DNA of 64,000 bases from Halotia branconii CENA392 (GTDB lineage: Bacteria; Cyanobacteriota; Cyanobacteriia; Cyanobacteriales; Nostocaceae), in contig NZ_CP124543.1 of NCBI RefSeq assembly GCF_029953635.1, positions 535,455-599,454 on the forward strand. The letters are read 5' to 3'. Below, piece by piece: positions 28,605-40,128 of the stretch; positions within the stretch are counted from its first letter, which is position 1, and every line of letters starts with the position of its first letter. A program made the translations under genes and the position numbers. A model generated the notes under the pieces. It was not told the DNA's origin. It made no database searches and saw only the letters and a list, made by a program, of their open reading frames with translations.

Positions 28605-30392
28605 TTAGCTTTCCTGCTGTTCTACAAGTTGCCACAGTTTGATGGTCTTATCCTTGCTACCACTAGCAATTAGTTGTGCAACTTGACTGACAGCAACGGC
28701 AGATACTGAGTCTACATGACCAAAGAGAGTAGCAAGTTCTTCTGCTGTGCTTACCCTCCAAAGTTTAACTGTCTTGTCCCAACTGGCACTAATTACCGTT
28801 TCGCCATCGGCAGTGAAAGCTATTGCCACCACTGACCAAGAATGGCCTGAAAGTGTAGTAATTAGCTGACCAGTACTTACTTCCCACAATTTTATAGTGT
28901 TATCATCGCTACCTGTCGCCAGAATTTTACCATCTGGACTAAAAGCGATCGTCAAAACCGCCCGTGTATGCCCTAAAAGGGAGCCTAACAAGGTACAACA
29001 TGGGTGGTTTTGAAATTGTCCCTCAGACTTTTGTGTTGTTAATTGCCACAGGTGAATCGTTCTGTCAAAACTAGCGGTGGCTAATAGTTTTCCCTGGGGG
29101 CTAAAAGCTACCGAACTCACCTGTAATTGGTGTTTTGTGAGAGTGTAAATTTCTGTATTAGTATTTATATCCCAGAGTATGACCTTCTTATCCCAACTAC
29201 CACTAGCGAGAATCTGTCCATCAGGACTAAAAGCAATTGATTTGACTGCGTGTGAATGTCCACACAAAGTCACTATTTCATGAAATGTATTGAGATTCCA
29301 CAATTTAATAGTTTTATCGTCGCTAGCGGTGGCTAATGTTTTGCCATCGGGACTAAAAGCAACTGATGTCACGCTTTGGGAATGCGCTTCTAGGCTAGTT
29401 AATAATTTTTTCGTATTTAAATCCCATAGTCTGATGATTTTATCATCGCCACTGGCTAAAGTATTATTATCAGAACTGATAGATAGGGCATTGACACTGC
29501 TTAACGTAATAGAATTTTCTGTTATGGTGTGTAAGCATTGCCACGAAGAACTGGAAATTTTAAATTTAAAATTTTGAATTTTAGACTCTATACCCATCGC
29601 TTTCATGACCTCATCTGCTGATTGAAAGCGCTGACTAACAGAATTTTGAAGGAGACGATCAAGAATTTGTGCCAAATGTTCGCTGATTCTAGAGGTGAGA
29701 TATTGTTGCCAAACCCAGCAATCATTAGCAACATCAAATAAATCAAAGGGAGAAATTTGGGTAAGTAAATAAATACAAGTCACACCCAAACTATAAAGAT
29801 CACTAGCAAAAACTGCTTTTCCTTTTGTTTGCTCAGGTGCTGCATATTCTGGGCTACCAATGCTATGTTCAGCAATTAGCAGGTCAATGTCTGTAAAGAC
29901 TTTAGCTGTACTAAAATCGACTAAAACTAGATTCCCCTCTTTATTTTTTTGGGGAAATCTGCGAATAATATTTTCTGGTTTAATATCACGGTGGATGAGA
30001 TTGCGTAGGCGTAGCCCGCCGCAGGCATCGCTAATAAATGTAATCACTGGCAATATATCTGCTAAAAGTTGCCAAATCTGACTTTCATTAAAAGCGCCCT
30101 CTTCTTCAACTATTTGAGCTAAATTGATGCCTTCAATAAACTCCTGTACTAAATAAAAGTACTCATCATCTTGAAAATATGCTATCAAAGCAGGAATTTG
30201 AGGATGTTTACCTAATTCTTTGAGGCACTGTGCTTTTTGCTCAAATACTGTAAGTGTTGTATTTTGTGGCGAAAATTGTTGCACTACACAAGGAATTGGG
30301 GGAAACTGACCTTCATCAACTGCGAGAAAGGTTTTACAAAATCCCCCTTTACCAATCTGCTTAAGTAAACGATAACGTTCTTGGATTAGCAA
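28605..30392 (-). CDS. Serine/threonine protein kinase fused to C-terminal WD40 repeats.
   Basis: Hanks kinase subdomains are present: GKGGFCKTF, HRDIKPENII, DFSTAK and SPEYAAPE. About seven WD40 units follow, containing SVAFSPDGK..ASGS.DKTIKLW. Confidence 0.85.
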   Translation of the reverse strand: MLIQERYRLLKQIGKGGFCKTFLAVDEGQFPPIPCVVQQFSPQNTTLTVFEQKAQCLKELGKHPQIPALIAYFQDDEYFYLVQEFIEGINLAQIVEEEGAFNESQIWQLLADILPVITFISDACGGLRLRNLIHRDIKPENIIRRFPQKNKEGNLVLVDFSTAKVFTDIDLLIAEHSIGSPEYAAPEQTKGKAVFASDLYSLGVTCIYLLTQISPFDLFDVANDCWVWQQYLTSRISEHLAQILDRLLQNSVSQRFQSADEVMKAMGIESKIQNFKFKISSSSWQCLHTITENSITLSSVNALSISSDNNTLASGDDKIIRLWDLNTKKLLTSLEAHSQSVTSVAFSPDGKTLATASDDKTIKLWNLNTFHEIVTLCGHSHAVKSIAFSPDGQILASGSWDKKVILWDINTNTEIYTLTKHQLQVSSVAFSPQGKLLATASFDRTIHLWQLTTQKSEGQFQNHPCCTLLGSLLGHTRAVLTIAFSPDGKILATGSDDNTIKLWEVSTGQLITTLSGHSWSVVAIAFTADGETVISASWDKTVKLWRVSTAEELATLFGHVDSVSAVAVSQVAQLIASGSKDKTIKLWQLVEQQES

Positions 30393-30559
30393 AATTTTCC
30401 TGTCAGAGTTATCAACCGATATAGCACCAATGTAGCCTGATTGTGTACTAATCCTTCTGCAAGTTCATATCTAAAAAGAGGTCAAAAAATCTTAGAGGGT
30501 TATTGGTCAATACGGTTCAGTTAAGCATTTCTTTCTGGGAGCATCCCACTTTTTTGAAT

Positions 30560-30647
30560 GTCATTGCGAACGAAGCGAAGCAATCGCAAAATCCTCCAAC
30601 TAAGAGCGAGTCGATGCGATTGCTTCGTCGTTCCTCCTCGCAATGAC
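30560..30647. repeat. Long imperfect palindrome (hairpin element).
   Basis: The left arm is GTCATTGCGA-ACGAAGC-GAAGCAATCGC. The right arm's reverse complement is GTCATTGCGA-GGAGGAACGAC-GAAGCAATCGC. This gives 10-bp and 11-bp perfect stems with an internal loop and a 28-nt apical loop. Confidence 0.6.
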
Positions 30648-30944
30648 AGTTATTATCTCATTGGAAAATAAAAACTGGGATGCACCCTTTCTTTCTTCTC
30701 TTTGCGTCCTTTGCGTCCTTGGCGGTTCGTTAAAAAAATTGACTTTGGCAAAGGATTTCAGTCTTAACTGAACTGTATTGGGTTATTGGTGGTAAAAGTA
30801 ACCTAAAATCTTTATTTAAGAATCCCTAAGAAGAGTATTTTATAGAATATCTTTTGGAAAAACTTACGCGCGATCGCACAAAACAAAATATCGAATTAAT
30901 AGCACTTTAGTCCTTTTTAATTGCTAAAGTGCCAACTATTTACT

Positions 30945-33077
30945 TTAATTATCTTCAGGCAATTCTACAACAAACTGAGTAGCACCATTTGGCGTGATTG
31001 GTGGTGTTTTAGTAACTATTGGTTGTGGATACAATGGCGTTGGTATGTCTTCACTTGGTTTGGCTGTTTGATTCCATAAAATCATCGATAGTAGACCATC
31101 TACCAAACCGTTAGTGCTGCCATTACTACCACCCACAAGCACATCTGGAATCAAGCGGACATTGCGATCGCCTATAATCTGCATTAGCTGCATCGCTGTA
31201 TAACCTGATGAGCCTAAAGCTTCCACACCAGCTTGATATGTCTCAGCTTTAGCATTACCTGTAGCCCGAATCCCTTCAGCCTCGGCAATTGCCCGCAATT
31301 TTGTACCTTCTGCTTCACCGGTTGCTTGCTTAATCTGTGCTTGGGCTTTCAAATCGGCAATATGCACACTTTGCTCTGATTTCACCATTTCTTGTTGGAT
31401 ATCAGCCAGAGCTGTTTCCCGAACTAGTTGCTGCCGCTGGGTTTGTGCCATCTTTTGCACTTCATAAGTCTTGCGTTCCTCTTCAGCAATTTTTCGGTCA
31501 GTTTGTGTCTCCATCAATGATGCTGGTGGCTGAATATCACCAATTAGGGTATCAATCGCTTGCACATCATAAGCCCGCAGTGCTGCTTTGATATACTCAG
31601 ATGCTTCAGTTTGACGCTCACTCCGGGCATTCAAAAAGTCTAGCACTGTGTAATCTTGAGCCGAGTTACGGAAATAATTACCAATGCTTGGCTCTAGCAC
31701 ATTATCCACTAAATTCTGCATTGAGCCAACACGAGAAATTACTTTTGGAGCATCTAAAGCACCAACATGGATAATTTGAGACACTTCCAAATCAAAAGCG
31801 AACCCATCTCTAGAACGTACAGTTAAAGCTGCCAAATGGACATCATATTTGTGCCGTTCGGTGCGCCCTGACCAGTTCAACACTATATTAGTGGTTGGTA
31901 CTAGTTCTACTTTCATGATGCGTGTATTCAACGGATGTTTACCAGGATACAAAGGCTCAACCCACACGCCTTTATGTCCAGGATTCACCAAATTACCGTG
32001 GGTGAAGGCAGCACCGCTAACATCTTCAGTAGCTCTCCCTACAAAAGAAATTACCACGCCTACATACCCAATCGGAATTTCTGTCATTGGGACTTGTTCA
32101 ACCTGAACAAACCAAGGATTTAGATTCCAAGAACCAGAAAGCAGAATCTGTTCTTGTAAACCTCGTCGTCCCTGTCCATTGAGAAATTTCTGACCATTTT
32201 GAAAATTATCATGTCCTTCAATCACGGGGCCAGCAATTTCACCACCGGAAATTGGTACACCATCGAGAGTAGTGACAACGCCAACCTTGTCAGACGCGAT
32301 GCTATACACCCGTAACTGTTCTGGACTCATGCCATGAGCAGTAGCATTGGCTGCCATGATCACTTTAAATAGAGCAGTGTTGATCCGGTATGTACCAGCA
32401 GTCAAAAAACCCATTTGCCGACCTTTTTCCCCACCTTGGGTCAAAAATTTGCGGGCATCTTGAAAATTATCACAATCGATAATTTTTCCCAAAATACGTT
32501 CTGGCGGGTTGGATGCACCATCAGCTGCCACAATTAAAGCGATTTCACCTTGGGGAACGACAATTACTTGTTCTTTACGAACTGAGTACTGCCAAGGCCA
32601 GTAGCCCCAATGCCAACCAGGAGCCAGAGTATCTGCCTGCAAACCTGCTTCACCATTAAGGGCAATTAAAGAGCCGGCTGGAAGTCCACGACCAGAAACA
32701 GTAAATTTTCTGACTACAATGCCAACTTCACGTTCGCCAATAACTACAAGTCCACCAAAGAATAAAGGGACAAATATGATAAGACCACCAACTACCACAA
32801 TAGGGATGACTCCCCACGGCGACAACTGCATTGCTTGATATTGAGTTTTATTGATTTGTAACTGAGCAATTACAGGTTTTATCTGCTCTAGCTGAACGGA
32901 TACAGAATTAATTTCTTGTGCAGTAATTGTTTTTAGGGAACTAGCATTAGCAGAATTGATACTGCTAGCTAACGCTAATGTTGCTATGAGCGATGTTGCA
33001 ACACCAGCTAATTTATTTTGTTTACGTTTACCAAAGGAAGACAGAAGATTTTTCATAATTTGTGCCCATTTGGGCAA
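30945..33077 (-). CDS. SPFH/band-7 (flotillin-like) membrane protein of 710 aa.
   Basis: It has an N-terminal signal/TM and a second TM (IPIVVVGGLIIFVPLFFGGLVVIG), followed by a PHB/SPFH core. The flotillin-type Ala/Glu-rich heptads (AEAEGIRATGNAKAETYQAG..) are present. Confidence 0.7.
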   Translation of the reverse strand: MPKWAQIMKNLLSSFGKRKQNKLAGVATSLIATLALASSINSANASSLKTITAQEINSVSVQLEQIKPVIAQLQINKTQYQAMQLSPWGVIPIVVVGGLIIFVPLFFGGLVVIGEREVGIVVRKFTVSGRGLPAGSLIALNGEAGLQADTLAPGWHWGYWPWQYSVRKEQVIVVPQGEIALIVAADGASNPPERILGKIIDCDNFQDARKFLTQGGEKGRQMGFLTAGTYRINTALFKVIMAANATAHGMSPEQLRVYSIASDKVGVVTTLDGVPISGGEIAGPVIEGHDNFQNGQKFLNGQGRRGLQEQILLSGSWNLNPWFVQVEQVPMTEIPIGYVGVVISFVGRATEDVSGAAFTHGNLVNPGHKGVWVEPLYPGKHPLNTRIMKVELVPTTNIVLNWSGRTERHKYDVHLAALTVRSRDGFAFDLEVSQIIHVGALDAPKVISRVGSMQNLVDNVLEPSIGNYFRNSAQDYTVLDFLNARSERQTEASEYIKAALRAYDVQAIDTLIGDIQPPASLMETQTDRKIAEEERKTYEVQKMAQTQRQQLVRETALADIQQEMVKSEQSVHIADLKAQAQIKQATGEAEGTKLRAIAEAEGIRATGNAKAETYQAGVEALGSSGYTAMQLMQIIGDRNVRLIPDVLVGGSNGSTNGLVDGLLSMILWNQTAKPSEDIPTPLYPQPIVTKTPPITPNGATQFVVELPEDN

Positions 33078-33221
33078 CTAATCACCCAAATTAACACTTC
33101 ACTTTGGTTGTGCCAAATTTCTTAAACTTGGTGTAATTTTGTTCAAGTTTATAAAAAGTGACGGTAGAATCTTTCTTTATAGGCAATTTCCCAACTTGAG
33201 GCACTGACATCATTATTAACT

Positions 33222-33262
33222 ATGCCCCATGCCCTATGCCCCATGCCCTATGCCCTATGCCC
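33222..33262. repeat. Heptamer tandem array, (ATGCCC[C/T])n.
   Basis: atgcccc atgccct atgcccc atgccct atgccct atgccc, read directly. Confidence 0.8.
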
Positions 33263-33275
33263 TTATATAAATACT

Positions 33276-33306
33276 GTGGGGTGGACAAACAAATAGCCCA
33301 CCCCAC
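33276..33306 (-). terminator. Putative intrinsic terminator downstream of the ATP synthase epsilon gene.
   Basis: A 9-bp perfect stem, GTGGGGTGG / CCACCCCAC, lies 25 nt after the stop codon, with a T-rich AGTATTTATATAA run following on the minus strand. The loop is long at 13 nt. Confidence 0.35.
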
Positions 33307-33330
33307 AAAGCAGCAGTAAAAAATAAAATT

Positions 33331-33744
33331 TTAGACCAAACCACCAGCAGCTTGAAAGCGGGCGCGGGCGCGTTTGAAGGCTTGATTTGCCTGGATTTGA
33401 GCTTGGCGATCGCCTGCTGGCACTTGAGAAAGACGTGTTTCTGCTTGGGTATAAGCAGCACGAGCTTCTTCAAGGTTAATTTTGTCGCCACGTTCAGCGC
33501 TGTTAACCAGAATTGTCACTTCGTTTTCTTCGACTTCGGCAAAACCACCCAAAAGAGCGATCGCTTGCCAGTTCTGATTTTTAGCAGCACGCACGCGCAT
33601 CACACCAATATCCAAAGCGCTCAACAGTGGCGCGTGTCCACTAAGGATACCAAGCTGACCAGTAGTGCTGGGCAAAATTACTTCTTCAGCCGGAGCATCC
33701 CACACTGTTTTGTCTGGGGAAATTACACGAACGGTTAATGTCAT
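33331..33744 (-). CDS. atpC: ATP synthase F1 epsilon subunit (atpE in cyanobacterial nomenclature).
   Basis: [52 protein letters not shown] is the canonical epsilon beta-sandwich N-domain. It is co-oriented directly after the beta subunit gene. Confidence 0.95.
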   Translation of the reverse strand: MTLTVRVISPDKTVWDAPAEEVILPSTTGQLGILSGHAPLLSALDIGVMRVRAAKNQNWQAIALLGGFAEVEENEVTILVNSAERGDKINLEEARAAYTQAETRLSQVPAGDRQAQIQANQAFKRARARFQAAGGLV

Positions 33745-33769
33745 TTGTCGTTTGAGAGTTATCGTTTGT

Positions 33770-33860
33770 GAGTTGTCAGCGCTGCACTGAGCGTAGTCGA
33801 AGTGTTGTCAGTTGTCAGTTTATTTTTTATGACTGACCACTGACCACTAACTACTGACTA
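33770..33860. repeat. The dispersed-repeat core fragment (CAGCGCTGCACTGAGCGTAGTCGAAGTG) followed by a TGACCAC/TGACTAA heptamer-like array.
   Basis: The core matches the reverse complement of CACTTCGACTACGC found at 53388. The array is ctgacca ctgacca ctaacta ctgacta. Confidence 0.6.
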
Positions 33861-33861
33861 A

Positions 33862-35337
<1,476 letters not shown>

Positions 35338-35483
35338 TCAGATAAGGTCGTAAAAGACATAAAATTTAGCAATGTCATCTTTCACATTAGCACTTAACGA
35401 CCCTACTCTTTGCCATAAATTGATTCTTAAGACTGGGGTCTGCAAGTAAAGTTAAGCTAGCTTCCAAAGCTTGGCAAGCTCAC

Positions 35484-35524
35484 AATAAAAAACTGCCATG
35501 TCTTTATAATTGCAGACACGGCAG
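35484..35524 (-). terminator. Rho-independent terminator downstream of the PEP-CTERM protein gene.
   Basis: The minus-strand sequence is CTGCCGTGTCTGCAATTATAAAGACATGGCAG. It forms an 11-bp stem with one mismatch, followed by TTTTTTATT. Confidence 0.6.
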
Positions 35525-35569
35525 TAATATTAAAAAAGACGCTGGATCAATTTAGAATTTAAGCTGAAT

Positions 35570-36769
35570 TTAGGCTACAGCTTTCTGTTTTTGTTTACGC
35601 TTGAGTATGGTTCCACCAGTACCCAAAACCAACAACCCTAGCAAAGCAGAAGGCTCAGGTACAGACTTTGTGTCCTTTGTGTCTTTGACATCAACGTTAA
35701 CTAATGTTTCACCAAAGCCTGGGGCAACAAGTTTTAAGACATCATCAGCATCATCGATACCATCAGCCAGTAAGTTAACTGTGAAGGTTCTCGTTGCACC
35801 TTGCGGTACGCCACTGAATGAAGTTGGTGTAATACTTTGTACATAACCATAATCATCACTCACTGCGGTCAGAGTAATGTTAGCGAAGGCATCTGTTAGA
35901 CCAGCGGTTATTGCACTTACCAAGTTGGAACTATTACTTGAAAGAGTCACAACCGAGCCAAATCCTAAATCACTTACCAAACTCTGATAGGTAGATAACA
36001 CATTGGAGGTAACTGCAAAAATCGGGATAATATTGGCAGCCTGTAACGCAGCTTTAACTTGGGCGATACTGGGATAGTCTTCGCCTGTACCTGCTGGACT
36101 ACCGTCAAGAACTGCATCTCCGTTATTTGCAGGTCGAGAAGAAAAATCACCAGCTTGATGGAATGTAGCATCTGTAGTAATAACAGCTACTTTAAATGCA
36201 TCATCGCGGAAACCAATTTCTGTTTTAGCTCGTACTGCTGTTTGCAACAATGCTTCTAGCTGTGATTCAGGAAAATCGCTACCACCTTTAAGAGTAAGTC
36301 CATTAACAGATGCTTGAAAAGCAGTTGTATTAGCAGTTAAACCTAAATCGGTTTTGTAAACATAGTCACTAAAAGAACCAAATGGGCTAATTGGTTTGTC
36401 AGCAAAAGAACCAAGACCAAATTGGGTATCAGCAACTGTACCTGTTACAGAACTAATTAAACTTGGTACTAAGGCTTTGACTACAGGTAAATCATCCGAA
36501 AAAGAACCTGTTAGATCTTGCAACAAGAACAAGTCAAGTTTGTTAGGTGATTTAGGGACTGTCACATTGACGGTTATAGAAAGGGGATTATTAGCATCTA
36601 AAAATACATCATATTTAGTTGGACTAATTGCCGAGCCTACAGGTGCTGGAGTAATATTTGTAATTGAGCTGACAGCATGAACTTCAGATGGTACAAGCAC
36701 TCCAGTGATGCCAACTGTGCATACTGCGCCAACTGCTAATTTTGAAATTTTTTTCATGGAATTTAACAT
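35570..36769 (-). CDS. PEP-CTERM sorting-domain surface protein with a possible vWA-like/MIDAS region.
   Basis: It has an N-terminal signal peptide. The C-terminus VPEPSALLGLLVLGTGGTILKRKQKQK combines a PEP motif, a TM helix and a basic tail, which is the exosortase signal. LDLFLLQDLTGSFSDD resembles a D.SGS MIDAS start. Confidence 0.7.
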   Translation of the reverse strand: MLNSMKKISKLAVGAVCTVGITGVLVPSEVHAVSSITNITPAPVGSAISPTKYDVFLDANNPLSITVNVTVPKSPNKLDLFLLQDLTGSFSDDLPVVKALVPSLISSVTGTVADTQFGLGSFADKPISPFGSFSDYVYKTDLGLTANTTAFQASVNGLTLKGGSDFPESQLEALLQTAVRAKTEIGFRDDAFKVAVITTDATFHQAGDFSSRPANNGDAVLDGSPAGTGEDYPSIAQVKAALQAANIIPIFAVTSNVLSTYQSLVSDLGFGSVVTLSSNSSNLVSAITAGLTDAFANITLTAVSDDYGYVQSITPTSFSGVPQGATRTFTVNLLADGIDDADDVLKLVAPGFGETLVNVDVKDTKDTKSVPEPSALLGLLVLGTGGTILKRKQKQKAVA

Positions 36770-37358
36770 TTATAAAATCTCCAAAGAAGTATTTTTTGAC
36801 ATGGAAAAACTATGAGATGAGCTTTACTAACTCCTCGTAATAAAGGGGGTGAAATTATTACATATTGTCTGGAGTCCAAGAGGCTATTAAGCAGCCTTTT
36901 GTGACGATCGCAGATTTAAGAAATGATGAAAATGACTAAAGCATTTAATTAGCTTTAGTCCTCAAATTAGAGGTGAGATTTTTATCAGTATTTGCCTCAC
37001 CTGTGTATTTACATAGCTTACTGGCGATTTTTTTTGTTGACTATAGTTTCTACGTGTATTTACACAAAAAATACACTTGAATTTGGATTAAAAATGAATG
37101 AAAACTTATCTTCAATCAGGCTTACGTTTGTAGCACTAGATCAATAAATAAATAAAACTTTGTAAAAATATATTGTCTCTTTAAAACAGGTTTATATTAG
37201 TAATCTGAGGCTATACACTCTGCATTAATAAAAGTAGGTATTTGCCAATTCTTTTACAGTAAATGTTTATTTTAGTCAATTTAAAATCCTGAAGACTTTG
37301 TAAAAATTATGTTTCCCAATTTTCTTAAATATCTCTAAAATAAAATTAGTACACAAAA

Positions 37359-38231
37359 ATGGTGTCATTAGACCCGCCTCATCCTCACATCTCTACTGAG
37401 CAATTGCTTATGAATTTATCGTCAGCGCGACAATATTTTTATCAGGAAATTCATCAACCTGACGAGCATATCAACTTAGCAAAGGCAGCTTTGTATATTG
37501 CACAGGAAGAATATCCTGACCTTAACCCAGAAGAATACCTTAATGCCCTTGATACGATGGCAAGTGAAGTCAAAGAACGCTTACCTGCATCACGGTATCC
37601 TCTACGGTTAATTCAAAGCCTAAATCAGTATTTTTACGAAGATTTAAAATTTTCTGGTAATCAATCAGACTACTATAATCCTTGTAACAGTTTTTTAAAT
37701 GATGTAATCGACCATCGGTTAGGGATTCCTATTACCTTGGCACTAGTTTATCTAGAAGTTGCCCACAGAATTGATTTTCCAATGGTAGGGATAGGAATGC
37801 CAGGACACTTTTTAATTCGCCCAGATATTCCAGATGTGGAAATTTTTGTTGATGCATTTAACCGGGGTGAGGTGATGTTTGCACAAGATTGTCAAGAACG
37901 ACTCACTCAAATGTTTCAACAACCCGTAAACTTAAACCCGGAATTTTTAGCTCCCGTCAGTAATGGACAATTTCTGATGCGAATCCTCACAAATTTGAAA
38001 TATATCTACCTGAAACAGCAAAATTTAGCGAAAACTTTAGCTGCGGTTGAACGAATTGTGTTGTTGTTTCCTAACGCGATTTTAGAAGTGCGCGATCGCG
38101 GTCTACTTTACTATAAACTTGGTCATTACCCGCAAGCTGCTGATGATTTGCAAACTTATCTAGCAAAAGTCCCTGATGCTGAAGATGCACCAGTGATTAG
38201 GCGGTTACTTGATGAACTGGGAAAGGGATAA
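37359..38231 (+). CDS. Transglutaminase-like / SirB1-N domain protein with C-terminal TPR-like repeats.
   Basis: GIPITLALVYLEVAHRIDFPMVGIGMPGHFLIR matches the UPF0162 / transglutaminase-like core (G.PI.L...Y.E.A.R.G.P..G...PGHFL.R). Confidence 0.65.
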   Translation: MVSLDPPHPHISTEQLLMNLSSARQYFYQEIHQPDEHINLAKAALYIAQEEYPDLNPEEYLNALDTMASEVKERLPASRYPLRLIQSLNQYFYEDLKFSGNQSDYYNPCNSFLNDVIDHRLGIPITLALVYLEVAHRIDFPMVGIGMPGHFLIRPDIPDVEIFVDAFNRGEVMFAQDCQERLTQMFQQPVNLNPEFLAPVSNGQFLMRILTNLKYIYLKQQNLAKTLAAVERIVLLFPNAILEVRDRGLLYYKLGHYPQAADDLQTYLAKVPDAEDAPVIRRLLDELGKG

Positions 38232-38262
38232 ATAGCAACTGACTACTGACTACTGACTACTG
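38231..38262. repeat. Heptamer tandem array, (TGACTAC)4, STRR2-like.
   Basis: actgact actgact actgact actgact c, read directly. It spans the convergent stop codons of the two flanking genes and encodes the ..SVVSSQ tail of the minus-strand gene. Confidence 0.8.
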
Positions 38263-38695
38263 ACTCTGCTACTTGCTTAAGGCGACGCAGCTGAGCTTGC
38301 ATATCTTTTTGAGTCCAAGATGCTGCAAAGGTTTTGAAGCCCCAACTCACGAGGGAGTTGGGAATATTGAACTCAAAACGGTTCAATAAACACGTTCCCT
38401 GTTCTAATGGTTGACATTCCCAGCGATCGTATCCTTGGAAAAAACCTTGAAATTCCCACACTACCACACCTGATTGACGTTCTATAACAACACTTTTGAG
38501 CGTGGGTTCAAAAAAAGGAATTTGAATTATAAAGCGACTTTGACTGCCAATATCTGTACTCCAGGCTCCGCCTACAGGTTCGCAACGCAGGACAGGATTA
38601 AGCCAACGGTGCATGAGATTTAAGTCGGTAATGCAACTCTCGACTACCGTAGGTGTGGCATTAATTTGAATTGATTGCTCAAAAGCTTGGGACAC
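38243..38695 (-). CDS. SRPBCC (polyketide cyclase/dehydrase-like) family protein, tentative.
   Basis: It is about 150 aa. The pattern, including W..D/WEF, is compatible with the SRPBCC ligand-binding fold. It has no catalytic signatures. Confidence 0.45.
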   Translation of the reverse strand: MSQAFEQSIQINATPTVVESCITDLNLMHRWLNPVLRCEPVGGAWSTDIGSQSRFIIQIPFFEPTLKSVVIERQSGVVVWEFQGFFQGYDRWECQPLEQGTCLLNRFEFNIPNSLVSWGFKTFAASWTQKDMQAQLRRLKQVAESVVSSQ

Positions 38696-38823
38696 TTTAC
38701 ATTTTATGCTTTTTATGCAGTTGCTCTTAGGAATGCATCTTACTTCCTTGTTAAAATCAACTTTACATTAATTAGTGTTAAAAATATTATTCTGAGATTT
38801 TAAATCACAAGCGATCGCATTAC

Positions 38824-39654
38824 TTATATGTAATTTTTACTGATTCGCCCCCTAATCCACAACGCCAACACACTCATAAACAATACCCCTATCACTCCTT
38901 GCAGGGGATTCTGATTCACGCCAGTTATCCAATCAGGAACTTGACTTGAATATTTAACTAATTCCCCAACATTAATAATGTAGTAACCCCAAACTAAACC
39001 TCCGTGTAGACCAATTGGTAAACCTAATCGTCCTCTACGCCAGCGTTTTCCCCATACCTGCGTTAGCCCTAGCAATACTAAAGCTGGAAATTGTGGCAGT
39101 ATTTGAATAATAACTTCCCAAGGTTTAATAAAGTGCAAAACAGCAAACGCAACGGCATCTGTCCACAATGCCACACGCGGACTGTAATCACGCTGTAACT
39201 CATTTAGTAACCAGCCTCGAAATAATAATTCCTCTGCAAAACCAATAGCTAAACTAACTATTAAACCCTCTAAAATCACTTTTAACAAAAAAACCTTTGG
39301 TTGTTGCCATACCAACCAACCCAAAAAGCCTTGTACACCAAAAAGTATCAGAATATTAATTAATCCCAAAGCCAAGCCACGCAACAAATCTAAACCGTTT
39401 TTCCGTGTGATTTCTAAGCCATACTGCCGCAGTATCTGGGGTTGCCGATAGACATGTTTTCCCCATAGCTTCAAAAGAAAAATAAACTCTGTATATAACA
39501 ATACCATTGTCAATATACTTACTAAATTAGCATCATGCACTAATAAGTAAATTGGTGCAGCGAAGGGCAACCATAGCAGTAATAAAATTGTAATAAAATA
39601 ACCCAGCCTAATAGGGGCAGGGTTTTGGGCTACACGGTTAAAGTTTATTTTCAT
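38824..39654 (-). CDS. CPBP-family intramembrane metalloprotease (CAAX protease / Abi domain).
   Basis: It is polytopic. Motif 1 is EELLFRGWL, and FAVLH with the downstream His motifs matches CPBP motifs 1-3. Confidence 0.75.
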   Translation of the reverse strand: MKINFNRVAQNPAPIRLGYFITILLLLWLPFAAPIYLLVHDANLVSILTMVLLYTEFIFLLKLWGKHVYRQPQILRQYGLEITRKNGLDLLRGLALGLINILILFGVQGFLGWLVWQQPKVFLLKVILEGLIVSLAIGFAEELLFRGWLLNELQRDYSPRVALWTDAVAFAVLHFIKPWEVIIQILPQFPALVLLGLTQVWGKRWRRGRLGLPIGLHGGLVWGYYIINVGELVKYSSQVPDWITGVNQNPLQGVIGVLFMSVLALWIRGRISKNYI

Positions 39655-39814
39655 ACCACTCAGTAGTCGATTATTAAGCTGATGTGCAGCTAAATTGTAT
39701 AAGGCGAAAACGTAAAATTATTGTAGTGCGGGCAGGGTTCGACTGAACGCTCACACCAAAGTCTTGCTTGCGTCCCATATACAAATTAAATACGCAATAG
39801 CTTAATTGTTCGCT

Positions 39815-39846
39815 TTTTAACTGACTACTGACCACTAACTAATAGA
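39815..39846. repeat. Short heptamer-like array (CTGACTA CTGACCA CTAACTA).
   Basis: Read directly. It belongs to the same TGAC(C/T)A family as 33816-33860 and 38231-38262. Confidence 0.6.
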
Positions 39847-40128
39847 CTATTCATCAGGTTCAATAGTGCTACTTAAACCGTGACTTTTCAATGTTTCACA
39901 ATAGAACTCAGCGTGTTCTTGAGCGCAAGTAATGACTAAAGCTAGTCCATTAGTATGGGCTTCCATCATAATACTCACAGCTTGGGGTTGAGTAAGACTC
40001 GACACCGTAGTTAATAATGCTTGAACCACATGCTCCATAGAGTTGTAGTCGTCGTTATGAAGCAAAACGCGATACCGAGGCGCGAGCTTGCGGGACGTGG
40101 AACGCTTCTCAATAGTTTCGACTGACAC
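39847..40128 (-). CDS. clpS: ATP-dependent Clp protease adaptor ClpS.
   Basis: YRVLLHNDDYNSMEHVVQAL is the conserved ClpS core. Confidence 0.85.
   Translation of the reverse strand: MSVETIEKRSTSRKLAPRYRVLLHNDDYNSMEHVVQALLTTVSSLTQPQAVSIMMEAHTNGLALVITCAQEHAEFYCETLKSHGLSSTIEPDE

Noticed and set aside
27681-33262. Heptamer tandem arrays (ATGGGGC/GCCCCAT, TGACTAC) considered as CRISPR arrays.
   Set aside because: The units are 7 bp with no spacers. They are classic cyanobacterial STRR-type microsatellites, not CRISPR.
33255-33738. ORFs 33352-33738 (+) and 33255-33491 (-) overlapping atpC and its terminator.
   Set aside because: atpC (ATP synthase epsilon) is unambiguous on the minus strand, and the alternatives have no protein-like features.
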